64,000 bases of DNA. Source: Acidimicrobiaceae bacterium (GTDB taxonomy: Bacteria; Actinomycetota; Acidimicrobiia; Acidimicrobiales; Aldehydirespiratoraceae). The stretch lies in contig JAPPJC010000006.1 in assembly GCA_028820455.1 (NCBI GenBank), positions 34,682 through 98,681 on the forward strand, read 5' to 3'. The notes below the pieces were generated by a model. That model had not been told where the DNA came from. It searched no databases and saw nothing but the letters and a program-made list of their open reading frames with translations. Positions 1 to 8,565 of this stretch are shown in pieces (the stretch's first letter is position 1; every line of letters begins with the position of its first letter). The translations under genes and the position numbers were made by a program.

Positions 1-25
1 TCTCTTTACATACAGAACAGCTGGA

Positions 26-115
26 TCAGTGACTACAAAGCCGCTGACCGATGAAGTTTATCGCGTCTATGCGTTCTAGTTGTTGGCTCAGCGACTACAA
101 AGCCGCTGAGCCAAC
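26..115. repeat. Duplicated 22-nt motif; the second copy sits in a perfect 12-bp-stem hairpin
   Basis: tcag(t/c)gactacaaagccgctga occurs at 26-47 and 88-109 (62-bp spacing, 1 mismatch). 82-93 gttggctcagcg pairs perfectly with 104-115 cgctgagccaac (10-nt loop) and is followed by TTTAT on the + strand. Confidence 0.5.
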
Positions 116-333
116 TTTATGAAGGGCTTCCATAGCTTCAGTGGCATTCAAATGGGCATTGACCTTGGCTGTATTAGCCATGGTAGTTCGTATTCTAAAT
201 CCTTCAACCTACTCGAAATCTTACTGCAATCGAAAGGGTGTGACAGTACCACTGTCGAATGCATCGGAGTAATCAAATACAGCACTCTCCAAAATCGTTT
301 CGGAAGTTTATTTTGGTTTACTCAACCCCAAGC

Positions 334-1455
334 TTATGTTAATATTTCAGTCAAGGCCGCTACGAAGAACTCGATCTCTGATGGAGTTCCCACGCTTACT
401 CTAAGACATCCCTCAAAATAAGGCCATGAAGAACAGTTTCTCACCAAAACCGAGCGGTTGAGCAGCTGCTGCCAGACCTCGGTTGCAGGCATAGTCAAGG
501 TGCGAAACAATATGAAATTAGCTTCTGAAGGCCATGTCTTGACAGGCAACTCGGCCAGACTCGACATTAGCTGTACCCGACCCGCAGTTATGGTAGCTAC
601 ACGTTTTCGCATGTCTTCTTCATGCTGAAGTGTTGTGATGCCAATAGCCTGTTTGAGAGTATCAAGGTGGTACGGCAACACTACTTTGTCGAGTTGTTCC
701 ACAATAGAGGTAGTGCCTACTAGATAGCCAAGCCGTGCTGCGGCCATGCCCCAAGCTGCTTTAGAGAATGTGCGTGTTACTACTAGCGGACTGTCTGAAT
801 CGTTTCTCAGCAGTTCAAGCGCACTACGCGAGGCGAATTCCCCGTAGGCCTCATCGACGCATAGCAGCCCACCCACAGATCGGACAGCTTCAAGTACTGC
901 GGCTATTGTTTCAATGGGTTCGGCAAGGCCGGTCGTGTTGTTAGGCGAACACAAAAAAGTCAACGACGGACGTTCAGTGGATATCAGTTCAACAGCCCTG
1001 TCTACATCAAGGGTGAAATCCTCAAGACGCTCACCCGAGATCATCTCGGCACCAGTCACTCCGATCAAGTGCTCATACAGACTATACGTGGGTTCGAACA
1101 CTGCTACTGAACCACTAGCGGCAGCAAAAGCAAGCAGCAAACATTGCAATACTTCGTTAGAACCATTGGCAGCAAAAATCTGTTCTGGTGAAACACCGTA
1201 AAACTCAGCGATACTACGACGCAGCTTAACCGCACAGCGGTCGGGGTAACGGTTCCAATCCACCGTCTGAATAGCCTCTGAAATAGAATCTGTCAAAGCC
1301 ACTGAAGTAGCGTAGGGACTTTCATTGAAGTTGAGTCGAATCTTCGCGTTCAGCTGATCCTCGACGTCTAAATGTGTTACCATCGCGTCAATGGCATCAC
1401 GTGCTTGAGTCTTCATATCAGATGTGAGATCAACTCTCGAATGTAGCAGGATCAA
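334..1455 (-). CDS. hisC: Histidinol-phosphate aminotransferase (class II aminotransferase)
   Basis: 373-aa ORF with the PLP-lysine context TRTFSKAAWGMAAARLGY, N-terminal LNFNESPY and NRYPD motifs, and CSPNNTTG. The track start is TTG. ATG at 1416 (MKTQARD...) is an alternative start that removes the 26-nt overlap with metG. Confidence 0.85.
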   Translation of the reverse strand: MILLHSRVDLTSDMKTQARDAIDAMVTHLDVEDQLNAKIRLNFNESPYATSVALTDSISEAIQTVDWNRYPDRCAVKLRRSIAEFYGVSPEQIFAANGSNEVLQCLLLAFAAASGSVAVFEPTYSLYEHLIGVTGAEMISGERLEDFTLDVDRAVELISTERPSLTFLCSPNNTTGLAEPIETIAAVLEAVRSVGGLLCVDEAYGEFASRSALELLRNDSDSPLVVTRTFSKAAWGMAAARLGYLVGTTSIVEQLDKVVLPYHLDTLKQAIGITTLQHEEDMRKRVATITAGRVQLMSSLAELPVKTWPSEANFILFRTLTMPATEVWQQLLNRSVLVRNCSSWPYFEGCLRVSVGTPSEIEFFVAALTEILT

Positions 1456-3070
1456 CTTTCGAGAATAGGGGAGGAAGCTTGGCTAGTTGCAGGCCTTGCG
1501 ACAATTCAGGACGTTTCCATTCTGTAATCGGACCGAAAACCCTTCCCAAAGCTTCAGTGGAGAACGGTAAGTAGGGTGAAAACGCAATCCGCACGCCTGC
1601 CACAGCTTGCACCGCCGTCGCTACCACCGCAGCGGCTCGTTCAGGATCGCTGCTCTTGAGCTTCCAGGGTTCTGTGGCGTTCAGATAAGCATTGACCTTG
1701 GTCGCTGTTTCCATGGCTGTACGTAAACCAGCTTTCAAAGCTACACGCTCAATTTGGTCAGCCTCAACAAGCAATGCACCATCCACGGCTGCTAGCAACG
1801 ATCTATCTTCTTCCGCTATGGTGGCTTCTGCGTTAACTTCCGGGAATATTCCACCAAGCACAGACTGAGCTAAAGACAGCACACGATTGACTAGATTACC
1901 CCAGGTGGCTACAAGCTCATTGTTGATCCGTCGTACAATCTCGCCTATTGAGGTATCAGAATCCGCATGTTCGGGCATCAACGACGCTAATGCATAACGC
2001 AGCGCGTCAGGTTCAAAGAATTTGAGCCCGTCCCCTATTGTTGTGCCAACACCACGGCTCGCCGAAGCTTTCTGACCAGAAAAAGTCACATATTGCGTGC
2101 CTGCTACAATATCCGGTAACCGCAACCCACCATAAGCCATAAGCTGCGCAGGCCAAAACAAAGTGTGAAAAGGTATGTTATCCTTCCCTAAGAAGTACAC
2201 GTGCAAGGCGTCATCGTTTTGCCACCAGCGTTTCCACCGATCTGTGTCGCCGTTTTGTGCAGCCCATTCTTTGGAAGCAGACAAGTAGCCGATCACTGCG
2301 TCATACCATACATAGATACATTTGCCTTCACCAAGATCATCGACCGGTAGTTCTATCCCCCAGTCGAGGTCACGGGTAACAGCACGGTCTTGTAAGCCTT
2401 CATCGGTCCATCCAAGGGAAGAGTTCAAAACATGGGGACGCCATCCTTTGCGAGTGCGAAGCCATTTAGCTACATCTTCTGAGAGATCAGAAAAACGGAA
2501 GTAGAAGTGTTCGGTTGATCTCATAACAGGTTCCGAACCGGTGATCTTGGAGCGAGGCTTCAAAAGATCTACGGGATCAAGAGGACGACCACAGTTTTCG
2601 CACTGGTCGCCGCGGGCTTCTTCGTACATGCAATGGGGGCAGACACCGTTTATGTACCGATCAGGCAGGAAACGTTCAGCCACGGGATCGTAAAACTGTT
2701 CTGACGCTTTCTTGTAGATGAACCCTTTCTTGAGATGGCTCAAGAACATTTCTTGAGTGGCAGCAGTGTGGTTCGGGGTGCCTGTGGTCGTGTATAAATC
2801 AAAGGTAATGCCGAGGGCATTCCACTGCTGACAGAATTCGCTGTGAGAACGATCAGCGATCTCTGACGGTGCTACCCCTTCAGTGTCAGCACGCACCGTG
2901 ATAGGGGTGCCATGGACGTCGGAACCACTGACCATCAACACGTCATTGCCCTTCAAACGCTGGAAACGGGCGTAAATGTCGGCTGGCAAGTAGACACCAG
3001 CAAGATGGCCGAGATGACGACTACCCGACGCGTAAGGCCAAGCAACTGCTACAAGAACGGGGGTGCTCAT
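1430..3070 (-). CDS. metG: Methionyl-tRNA synthetase
   Basis: 546 aa with a HIGH-type motif (SRHLGHLAG), zinc knuckles CPHC...CENCG, and the KMSKS-equivalent KASASRG. The anticodon-binding helical C-terminus is typical of MetRS. Confidence 0.95.
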   Translation of the reverse strand: MSTPVLVAVAWPYASGSRHLGHLAGVYLPADIYARFQRLKGNDVLMVSGSDVHGTPITVRADTEGVAPSEIADRSHSEFCQQWNALGITFDLYTTTGTPNHTAATQEMFLSHLKKGFIYKKASEQFYDPVAERFLPDRYINGVCPHCMYEEARGDQCENCGRPLDPVDLLKPRSKITGSEPVMRSTEHFYFRFSDLSEDVAKWLRTRKGWRPHVLNSSLGWTDEGLQDRAVTRDLDWGIELPVDDLGEGKCIYVWYDAVIGYLSASKEWAAQNGDTDRWKRWWQNDDALHVYFLGKDNIPFHTLFWPAQLMAYGGLRLPDIVAGTQYVTFSGQKASASRGVGTTIGDGLKFFEPDALRYALASLMPEHADSDTSIGEIVRRINNELVATWGNLVNRVLSLAQSVLGGIFPEVNAEATIAEEDRSLLAAVDGALLVEADQIERVALKAGLRTAMETATKVNAYLNATEPWKLKSSDPERAAAVVATAVQAVAGVRIAFSPYLPFSTEALGRVFGPITEWKRPELSQGLQLAKLPPLFSKVDPATFES

Positions 3071-3106
3071 ATCTACCTCTATACTATCTTTATCATTACA
3101 CTAAGA

Positions 3107-3856
3107 TTAGGTGGCTACTACAGGATCGGATGGTCGTTCTCGACACTTATCGTAACCAACCACTTCTAAAAACACTTTGTTCAAATAGCTGTTTATCACT
3201 GGATGATCCTTGAAACCGAGAAACAGTTCTCCGCTCACCCGGCCTCTGCCGATCAGTTTTCGCACGAATTCAGGTATTGTCCATTCATCAGATAGAGAAA
3301 CCAGCTCGGGCAGCAACTTCAACCATAGTGACCGTGCATCCATTTGAAGTTGCAGCAAAGTCTGTCGGTCGCCTACAAGCTGAATGGTTCGACCTGTAAT
3401 CGCATTCAAAAGCAGCCGTAACCGTAATTCTTCCGACTCAAGAAACTCTTTTGTCTTGACTACTCGAGACAGACGCGCTTCACCATCATCTCCCAGTAAA
3501 AACTTTCCGCTACTTGCGAGTGTCATATCCTCAAAAGTTGCGACTAATTTGCGTTCGAACGGTACTTCGTCATCCAGTGCCAGTCCCCATTCCCGGTGGA
3601 ACTCCACAATCAATTTGATCAATTCCTGCAGACTGGAAGAATCATAAGCATCCGATACTATCAATACGTCAACATCTGATGTGTCACCCTCAATACCATA
3701 AGCATACGAACCGTAGACGAATGCCATGCTTTCATGAGCATCCAACGCTTCTGTGAGTATTTCTGTCAATGCTGTTAAAACCTGCCGAGATTTGCGAGAT
3801 AGAACCTCTTGCTCAAACATCATGAAAATCAGGGGAGCCTTTGACCGGATGAACAC
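3107..3856 (-). CDS. Pol-beta-fold nucleotidyltransferase with helical C-terminal half (KNTase-like architecture)
   Basis: GSYAYGIEGDTSDVDVLIV matches the G-S...D-x-D minimal NTase signature. A helical region of about 150 aa follows. The track start is GTG at 3856. The ATG pair at 3823/3820 lies 6 nt after the decarboxylase stop and is the likelier start. Confidence 0.7.
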   Translation of the reverse strand: MFIRSKAPLIFMMFEQEVLSRKSRQVLTALTEILTEALDAHESMAFVYGSYAYGIEGDTSDVDVLIVSDAYDSSSLQELIKLIVEFHREWGLALDDEVPFERKLVATFEDMTLASSGKFLLGDDGEARLSRVVKTKEFLESEELRLRLLLNAITGRTIQLVGDRQTLLQLQMDARSLWLKLLPELVSLSDEWTIPEFVRKLIGRGRVSGELFLGFKDHPVINSYLNKVFLEVVGYDKCRERPSDPVVAT

Positions 3857-5418
3857 TCATCAGCGATCACTGAGAGGTATCCCAAAAAATCAACTAGCAC
3901 TGCTTCGCTGATGAGCGGGTTCCCTGACATGAATCGTAGAACATTAACAGAGAAATCCCGTCCACAACCGATGCGATTCAAATCATCTGCAATGACAAAA
4001 GAATGAATATAGTACTTACCCTCAGCCATGACCTGTTCATAGATTCTCCGATTAAGCACCGACAGTTCTTCTGCTTGGGAAAGAGTCATACCATCCCCAC
4101 GGAACTTGCGTGGCACGTAAACAAACGTCACGGAGTTGAACATCACGTCATTGATAAGCAGAAATCGTTCATCTTTGCGAATCATCTCTGCAAAAGTCTG
4201 TGCCATATCACAACGCTGTTCGACCAGCTCGGCAATACCCGAAACACCGTGCATTTTCATTAACATCCACAACCTGCATGCAATGAATGCCTTCGACCCG
4301 ACGACCGGTGTCCTTCGTCCTAGTGAACGACCCTGGCGCATGATCAAATCAGATTCCGTGTCGATCACCCGTAGGACTTCCGGTCTGGCAACCAAAAAAA
4401 GTGAAAGCGGGTACGGAACCGCTAAAACCTTATGAGGATCAACCGTTACAGAGTCGTATAGCTCAATCCCTTGAAGGTGATGTCTCAACTTCTCAGAAAA
4501 AGCCAGGCTCGTCCCGTGGCATCCATCACAGTGAAGCCAAGTATCAGGAGATTCGCCCCGAACAAGATCATGCAGTCCTGTTAAATCCTCAATAGTCATG
4601 GTTCGACTATCCCCAGCGTACGCGACCAACATAATTATTCGTTCTCCATTTTCACGGGCTGCACGGAATAGCCTGGACAGTGCTCGCTGGTCGTAGCGAT
4701 AGCCACGAATCGGTGCTTCGATCATATTTTCACTACCCAACCCGCACCACGCCAGCGAAGCTGCAACTGTGTAATGCTTGATTCCTTCAGGAACCACCAC
4801 TTTGACCTTAGAAGTGTCAAACCTGACACCAGTTTTCTTTGTGCCTGGAAATGCTCGTTCACGTGCTAGAAGGGCAGCAGCATAGTTGGACATCGTCCCC
4901 CCGTAGAGAACCATTCCACCGACGTTGTCAATACTGTCTTGTTCCTCGTATTCTGAAAAAGGCTGTGCGGCATCGTAGCCGATAATCTCACGGAACCAAT
5001 TAATAACCGAAATCTCCATTTCAGCTGCCACGCGCGAACAAAAAGTTGAGTTGATCATGTTGACGTTCAAAAAATCGCTCAGCACAGCACCGCTCAAACC
5101 TGCTATGCTATTCCCAGCATCCGGAAAGCCTAAAAAATGAGGTGAGGCAAAATTTGGCATACCCGGAAGGTAATCAGCAGCCAGGGAATCAAGGACATCG
5201 TCTATTGCAGTGGGTGTTGTCGGTAACCCCTCCTCTACAACCTGTCGTGGTGGCTTACCTTGTTTCCGATGATAGAACTGTTTGCGGGACTTGAAATCAA
5301 ACCCCAGCTCTACGACACGAGCTAGTATCCTCGCAGCCTCATTTTTTGATATTCCTCGATGGCCAACAAAATAATCGCGTAAACTCATCAAAGGATTATA
5401 CCCCGCCGTTTTAATCAT
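3829..5418 (-). CDS. Group II PLP-dependent decarboxylase (pyridoxal_deC-type)
   Basis: Motifs GGTMSNYAA, LHCDGCHGTS (H-x-D-A-A-type) and VDPHKVL (PLP lysine). I place the start at ATG 5418 (MIKTAGYNPLMSLRDYF...). The 123 extra Cys-rich codons of the 652-aa track ORF look non-coding. Confidence 0.85.
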   Translation of the reverse strand: MIKTAGYNPLMSLRDYFVGHRGISKNEAARILARVVELGFDFKSRKQFYHRKQGKPPRQVVEEGLPTTPTAIDDVLDSLAADYLPGMPNFASPHFLGFPDAGNSIAGLSGAVLSDFLNVNMINSTFCSRVAAEMEISVINWFREIIGYDAAQPFSEYEEQDSIDNVGGMVLYGGTMSNYAAALLARERAFPGTKKTGVRFDTSKVKVVVPEGIKHYTVAASLAWCGLGSENMIEAPIRGYRYDQRALSRLFRAARENGERIIMLVAYAGDSRTMTIEDLTGLHDLVRGESPDTWLHCDGCHGTSLAFSEKLRHHLQGIELYDSVTVDPHKVLAVPYPLSLFLVARPEVLRVIDTESDLIMRQGRSLGRRTPVVGSKAFIACRLWMLMKMHGVSGIAELVEQRCDMAQTFAEMIRKDERFLLINDVMFNSVTFVYVPRKFRGDGMTLSQAEELSVLNRRIYEQVMAEGKYYIHSFVIADDLNRIGCGRDFSVNVLRFMSGNPLISEAVLVDFLGYLSVIADECSSGQRLP

Positions 5419-5668
5419 CCAATGGGCTATAGGCCACCAGCAACCACTGCAGATATCGGTAAGATGAAAGGCTAGAGAGCATCCCACCAACAAAGACAGA
5501 AAAGCAGCAGAAAAGCCCTCACACTGAAAAGCCCTCACGCTGAACGAGGTTGAGAACGTGGGTGACCTTTGCAGCGACTCTTGAAGATTCCAGAAGATTC
5601 CAAATGTGCAACATACATACCCCTTCACCCAATAAATCTTCGTATCATCAAAAGAAGCACCCAACCCA

Positions 5669-5938
5669 CTATTCAGACTCCCGACTATTGGGCCAAGGCA
5701 GCAACAGCCAATCAGACTCGCCAAGTTCCTTAGCAGAAGCGTACACAAGCCCAAACTGAGAACCACTCTCCATAATCTTACGCTCAACCAACTCAGCCAC
5801 AGTCACTGTAGCTGCCTCATACTGCGTATCCCCGACACCCCAACCCCATTCTTCCGGGCTCATATCCTCGCCACCGTCCGGTATTGCACAGACAATCCAA
5901 CGCAGACCATCGATAGCCCGAAGCCCCACGAACTTCAC
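5669..5938 (-). CDS. Small hypothetical ORF inside the SagB/decarboxylase cluster (64-89 aa depending on start)
   Basis: It is co-oriented with its neighbours, between the SagB-like pair and the decarboxylase. Start is GTG at 5938 or ATG at 5863 (MSPEEWGWGVGDTQYEAATVTVAELVERKIMESG...). Composition is protein-like, but there is no recognisable motif and the RBS is weak. Confidence 0.25.
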   Translation of the reverse strand: MKFVGLRAIDGLRWIVCAIPDGGEDMSPEEWGWGVGDTQYEAATVTVAELVERKIMESGSQFGLVYASAKELGESDWLLLPWPNSRESE

Positions 5939-6036
5939 TCCAAGAGCCTGAACGTCTTAGATCACCAAGACACTCAACACCCCTCCCCCTCACGACAAAC
6001 ACCAGTACCAACCAACCACAAGATCATGGCGATTAT

Positions 6037-6969
6037 CTATAGCAATTGGCGTCGACCCGTTGTTGCAGTATGAACCACCATATCAAAAGAACTCCCAAAC
6101 CCGAGCAACTCACTCAGTGCGTTATCACGCACAGCCGATGTGATCACTGATCCATATCGAAGATTCTCAGCATGGAGCAAATACTCCTGACACCAAACGC
6201 CGCTTAACAAATACAAGTCCGTCAAAGCAGAACAGGCCCCAACAGCCTGCCCTAATAACCTCTCTGAATTCACCACCCACAATACAGTCCAATTAGCCGC
6301 AAGCACAGACGATTGGTCACACATTCCAGTGCGCATCGAAGAACGAAGATCATCCTCAGAAACCGAAAGCGAAAGCTGAAGTTCGCCATCAGATTCCTTT
6401 TCCTCATAAACACCACTGGAATAGCCCTCTACCGAATACACCGCCACAAACCGTCTCAAACGAAGATCGTCGACATGCAATCCTGAACGCGTCCGAATAT
6501 CGGGCATTCCAACCACCGCAACCCGACTACCCTTCACAATCTGCTCAAAATCATCAGCCGGAGCACTGTCCAATCGATATTCATAGAGTGAACGACGGTT
6601 CAACAAAGTCTCAACCAGCGGACGAGACCGCCGCAGCCCAGGATCATCAGGGTCCTCGGCGTGAATCCCAGGTTCAGGAGAGACACTGGTAACAGTACCC
6701 GAAACAGGTGAACTCCGAAACATCTCAACATCGAAAGCGAGGCCCCATCCACGCTCTTCCCATCTCTCGATCAAATGCTTATCCACACACCCAGACGATC
6801 GGGCCGACGCTTTCACAAACGAAGCAGGCATTTCATCATCGACGGTGAAATCAATCGCCTCTGACACCGACAAGTCAAGCCAGACATCCAACTCAGGAAT
6901 ACCGAAACGTACTGGAGACCGCTCATTGCATGAAGATTCCAGAACAATCCTAGTCGGCTGCATCGTCAT
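6037..6969 (-). CDS. Nitroreductase/SagB-like protein, degenerate (lacks the PSAG..P.E.Y motif)
   Basis: 310 aa. LLNRRSLYEY resembles the nitroreductase RRS.R.F motif. SSGVYEE and the C-terminal LTDLYLLSGVWCQEYLLHAENLRYGS...DNALSELLGF follow the SagB-fold layout. It starts 12 nt after the upstream SagB gene. Confidence 0.45.
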   Translation of the reverse strand: MTMQPTRIVLESSCNERSPVRFGIPELDVWLDLSVSEAIDFTVDDEMPASFVKASARSSGCVDKHLIERWEERGWGLAFDVEMFRSSPVSGTVTSVSPEPGIHAEDPDDPGLRRSRPLVETLLNRRSLYEYRLDSAPADDFEQIVKGSRVAVVGMPDIRTRSGLHVDDLRLRRFVAVYSVEGYSSGVYEEKESDGELQLSLSVSEDDLRSSMRTGMCDQSSVLAANWTVLWVVNSERLLGQAVGACSALTDLYLLSGVWCQEYLLHAENLRYGSVITSAVRDNALSELLGFGSSFDMVVHTATTGRRQLL

Positions 6970-6981
6970 CTCTACGAAAAC

Positions 6982-8268
6982 CTAGCTAGCAGGCTTGTGC
7001 AACCTCATCACGGCAACACCACTCTCTTCCAACCGTTCAAACCCTAGGCTTTTCTGAATCTGGTCATGGTCCAATGCCAGTGAGACCGATGTCCGGTAAC
7101 CACAATTCTCGAAAATACGCGCTGCCGTCATTATAAGATGGCCGACATCCATGAAAACAAGCCGATACGACCGAGAAGTAGAATACTTGCACATCGTCCG
7201 TTCGAATACTGGCGCAAAAAGCAAATAGAAGACTTCGTCCTGCTCATTCAGAAGTAGTGAATCCCCGAAATCTGCCCACAAACCAGCAGAGCAATCCTCG
7301 GTTATCGGCAAAGAAACCAGACCAGCAGGATCCATCTGACAGTGATACAAACTTGGAGCTGTAAACTGTCGTCCCAACATGTACGCAATATATACTTCAG
7401 TCGGATGATGTGAACCAGCAGACGGAGACGTCCGCAACAATAAAGGCTCAGCATCAGCAAACACTTTGCGTTCTCCAACCTTAGTAGTCAGCAACCACAA
7501 AAGCTGTAGCAAAGGTACCTCCTGCTGTGCACTATTGAACCGCCCGCAAGCTGGGCCTAAATCCAAACCACCGACCAACGACCGATCACCAGCCAAATCA
7601 ATCGCACTACCCCGTATCCGCTTGCACCGAACAAAATCAGCCCATTCAGGATCCATCGCTCGACTAGGGTTGCTCGTATCATGCCGATCGTCGTCATCAC
7701 GCTGATTATGGTCATCAGAACCAATAGACGGAACATCGAACATTGCAGTTGTCGCATAATGATAATACCAAGCCAAACGCTGCTCCAACGACGCGGGAAG
7801 CTCAGAAAATTTTTCCGCATCCTGAACAGGTACTAAGATTCCTTCATCTAACAGCCTGTTCGCAAGACCTAAAACACTGTCAGGATTGACACCGAACTGC
7901 TCGCTGACATCACTGACAAGTTCACTGATCGTCTGCTTGCGCATAGCTAAAAGAATCAGTACCACCCCAGCCGCTCCCACCTTATAACTACGGCTGTCCA
8001 ACACTAACTCTATAATCCATCTACGCGTAAGCGAAGACCTAAGGATCCTCACCCCCTGAGCGGAACAAACAAGCATCCGACCGCTGCTCATTGGGCTTCC
8101 ATCCACGATAACATAACGAGTGAACAACCCTCCAGACTGTACAGAGTTCTGAGTTAAGGCCCTTCCAATGGAATCCAGTATACCGTGGTGTAGCGTCTCA
8201 TCGGGATGAACCACCAAAGCGTCGGCTTTTTGTCGATATATGATACAGATACCAGTTTTTGAAAGCAC
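6982..8268 (-). CDS. SagB/ThcOx-type dehydrogenase with N-terminal PqqD/RRE-like winged-helix region
   Basis: RTSPSAGSHHPTEVY matches the SagB R..PS(A/G)G...P.E.Y motif. SRSYRLVFMDVGHLIMTAARIFENCGY matches the YR....EAGH...N core. Residues about 85-150 (YKVGAAGVVLILLAMRKQTISELVSDVSEQFGVNPDSVLGLANRLLDEGILVPV) read like a PqqD-type peptide-recognition element. GTG start. Confidence 0.75.
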   Translation of the reverse strand: MLSKTGICIIYRQKADALVVHPDETLHHGILDSIGRALTQNSVQSGGLFTRYVIVDGSPMSSGRMLVCSAQGVRILRSSLTRRWIIELVLDSRSYKVGAAGVVLILLAMRKQTISELVSDVSEQFGVNPDSVLGLANRLLDEGILVPVQDAEKFSELPASLEQRLAWYYHYATTAMFDVPSIGSDDHNQRDDDDRHDTSNPSRAMDPEWADFVRCKRIRGSAIDLAGDRSLVGGLDLGPACGRFNSAQQEVPLLQLLWLLTTKVGERKVFADAEPLLLRTSPSAGSHHPTEVYIAYMLGRQFTAPSLYHCQMDPAGLVSLPITEDCSAGLWADFGDSLLLNEQDEVFYLLFAPVFERTMCKYSTSRSYRLVFMDVGHLIMTAARIFENCGYRTSVSLALDHDQIQKSLGFERLEESGVAVMRLHKPAS

Positions 8269-8565
8269 TTTCCTTGGAGGAGCGCAGCTTAAACGCCTAC
8301 TCCTTGCCTTCGCTATTCGTGCATGTCAATGGCTTTCTCGGCTTCCTCAACGTAAGCTTTGGCGAACTCTGCGGGGTTGTCGGGCTCGACTTCTGCCTGA
8401 GGCTCTGAGGCGGTAGCAGATCATGCGGCCTGAGAGTCAGCCTGAATAGCCTGTATAACCGAAGAACATTCCGTTGCTTCCAGTCTCACACCAATAGCAG
8501 GAATAAAACAAGGAATAAGCAAAAACAGTAGGCAGAGAGAGAGCCAGAGTGCGACCGACAATACC

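Noticed and set aside
95-181. 28-aa minus-strand ORF (MANTAKVNAHLNATEAMEALHKVGSAAL) whose C-terminus is encoded by the repeated motif
   Set aside because: The second motif copy would encode a similar …HRSAAL* ending but has no start codon in frame, and the only SD-like sequence is about 20 nt away. The repeat is better explained as a structural element.
119-421. 100-aa + strand ORF at the window start
   Set aside because: It has no recognisable motif and its 3' end runs antisense into the hisC 3' end. It starts inside the hairpin repeat. It is most likely a chance ORF.
1088-1100. gggttcgaacac, resembling a tRNA T-arm
   Set aside because: It lies inside hisC with no acceptor or anticodon stems around it. 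No tRNA, rRNA or tmRNA-like structure was found by eye anywhere in the window.
5419-5787. 123-codon N-terminal extension of the decarboxylase ORF (652-aa version)
   Set aside because: The extension has an implausible Cys/Leu-rich composition (…LIGCCCLG…ICSGCWWP…) and overlaps tandem micro-repeats. Homology to group II decarboxylases begins only after the ATG at 5418.
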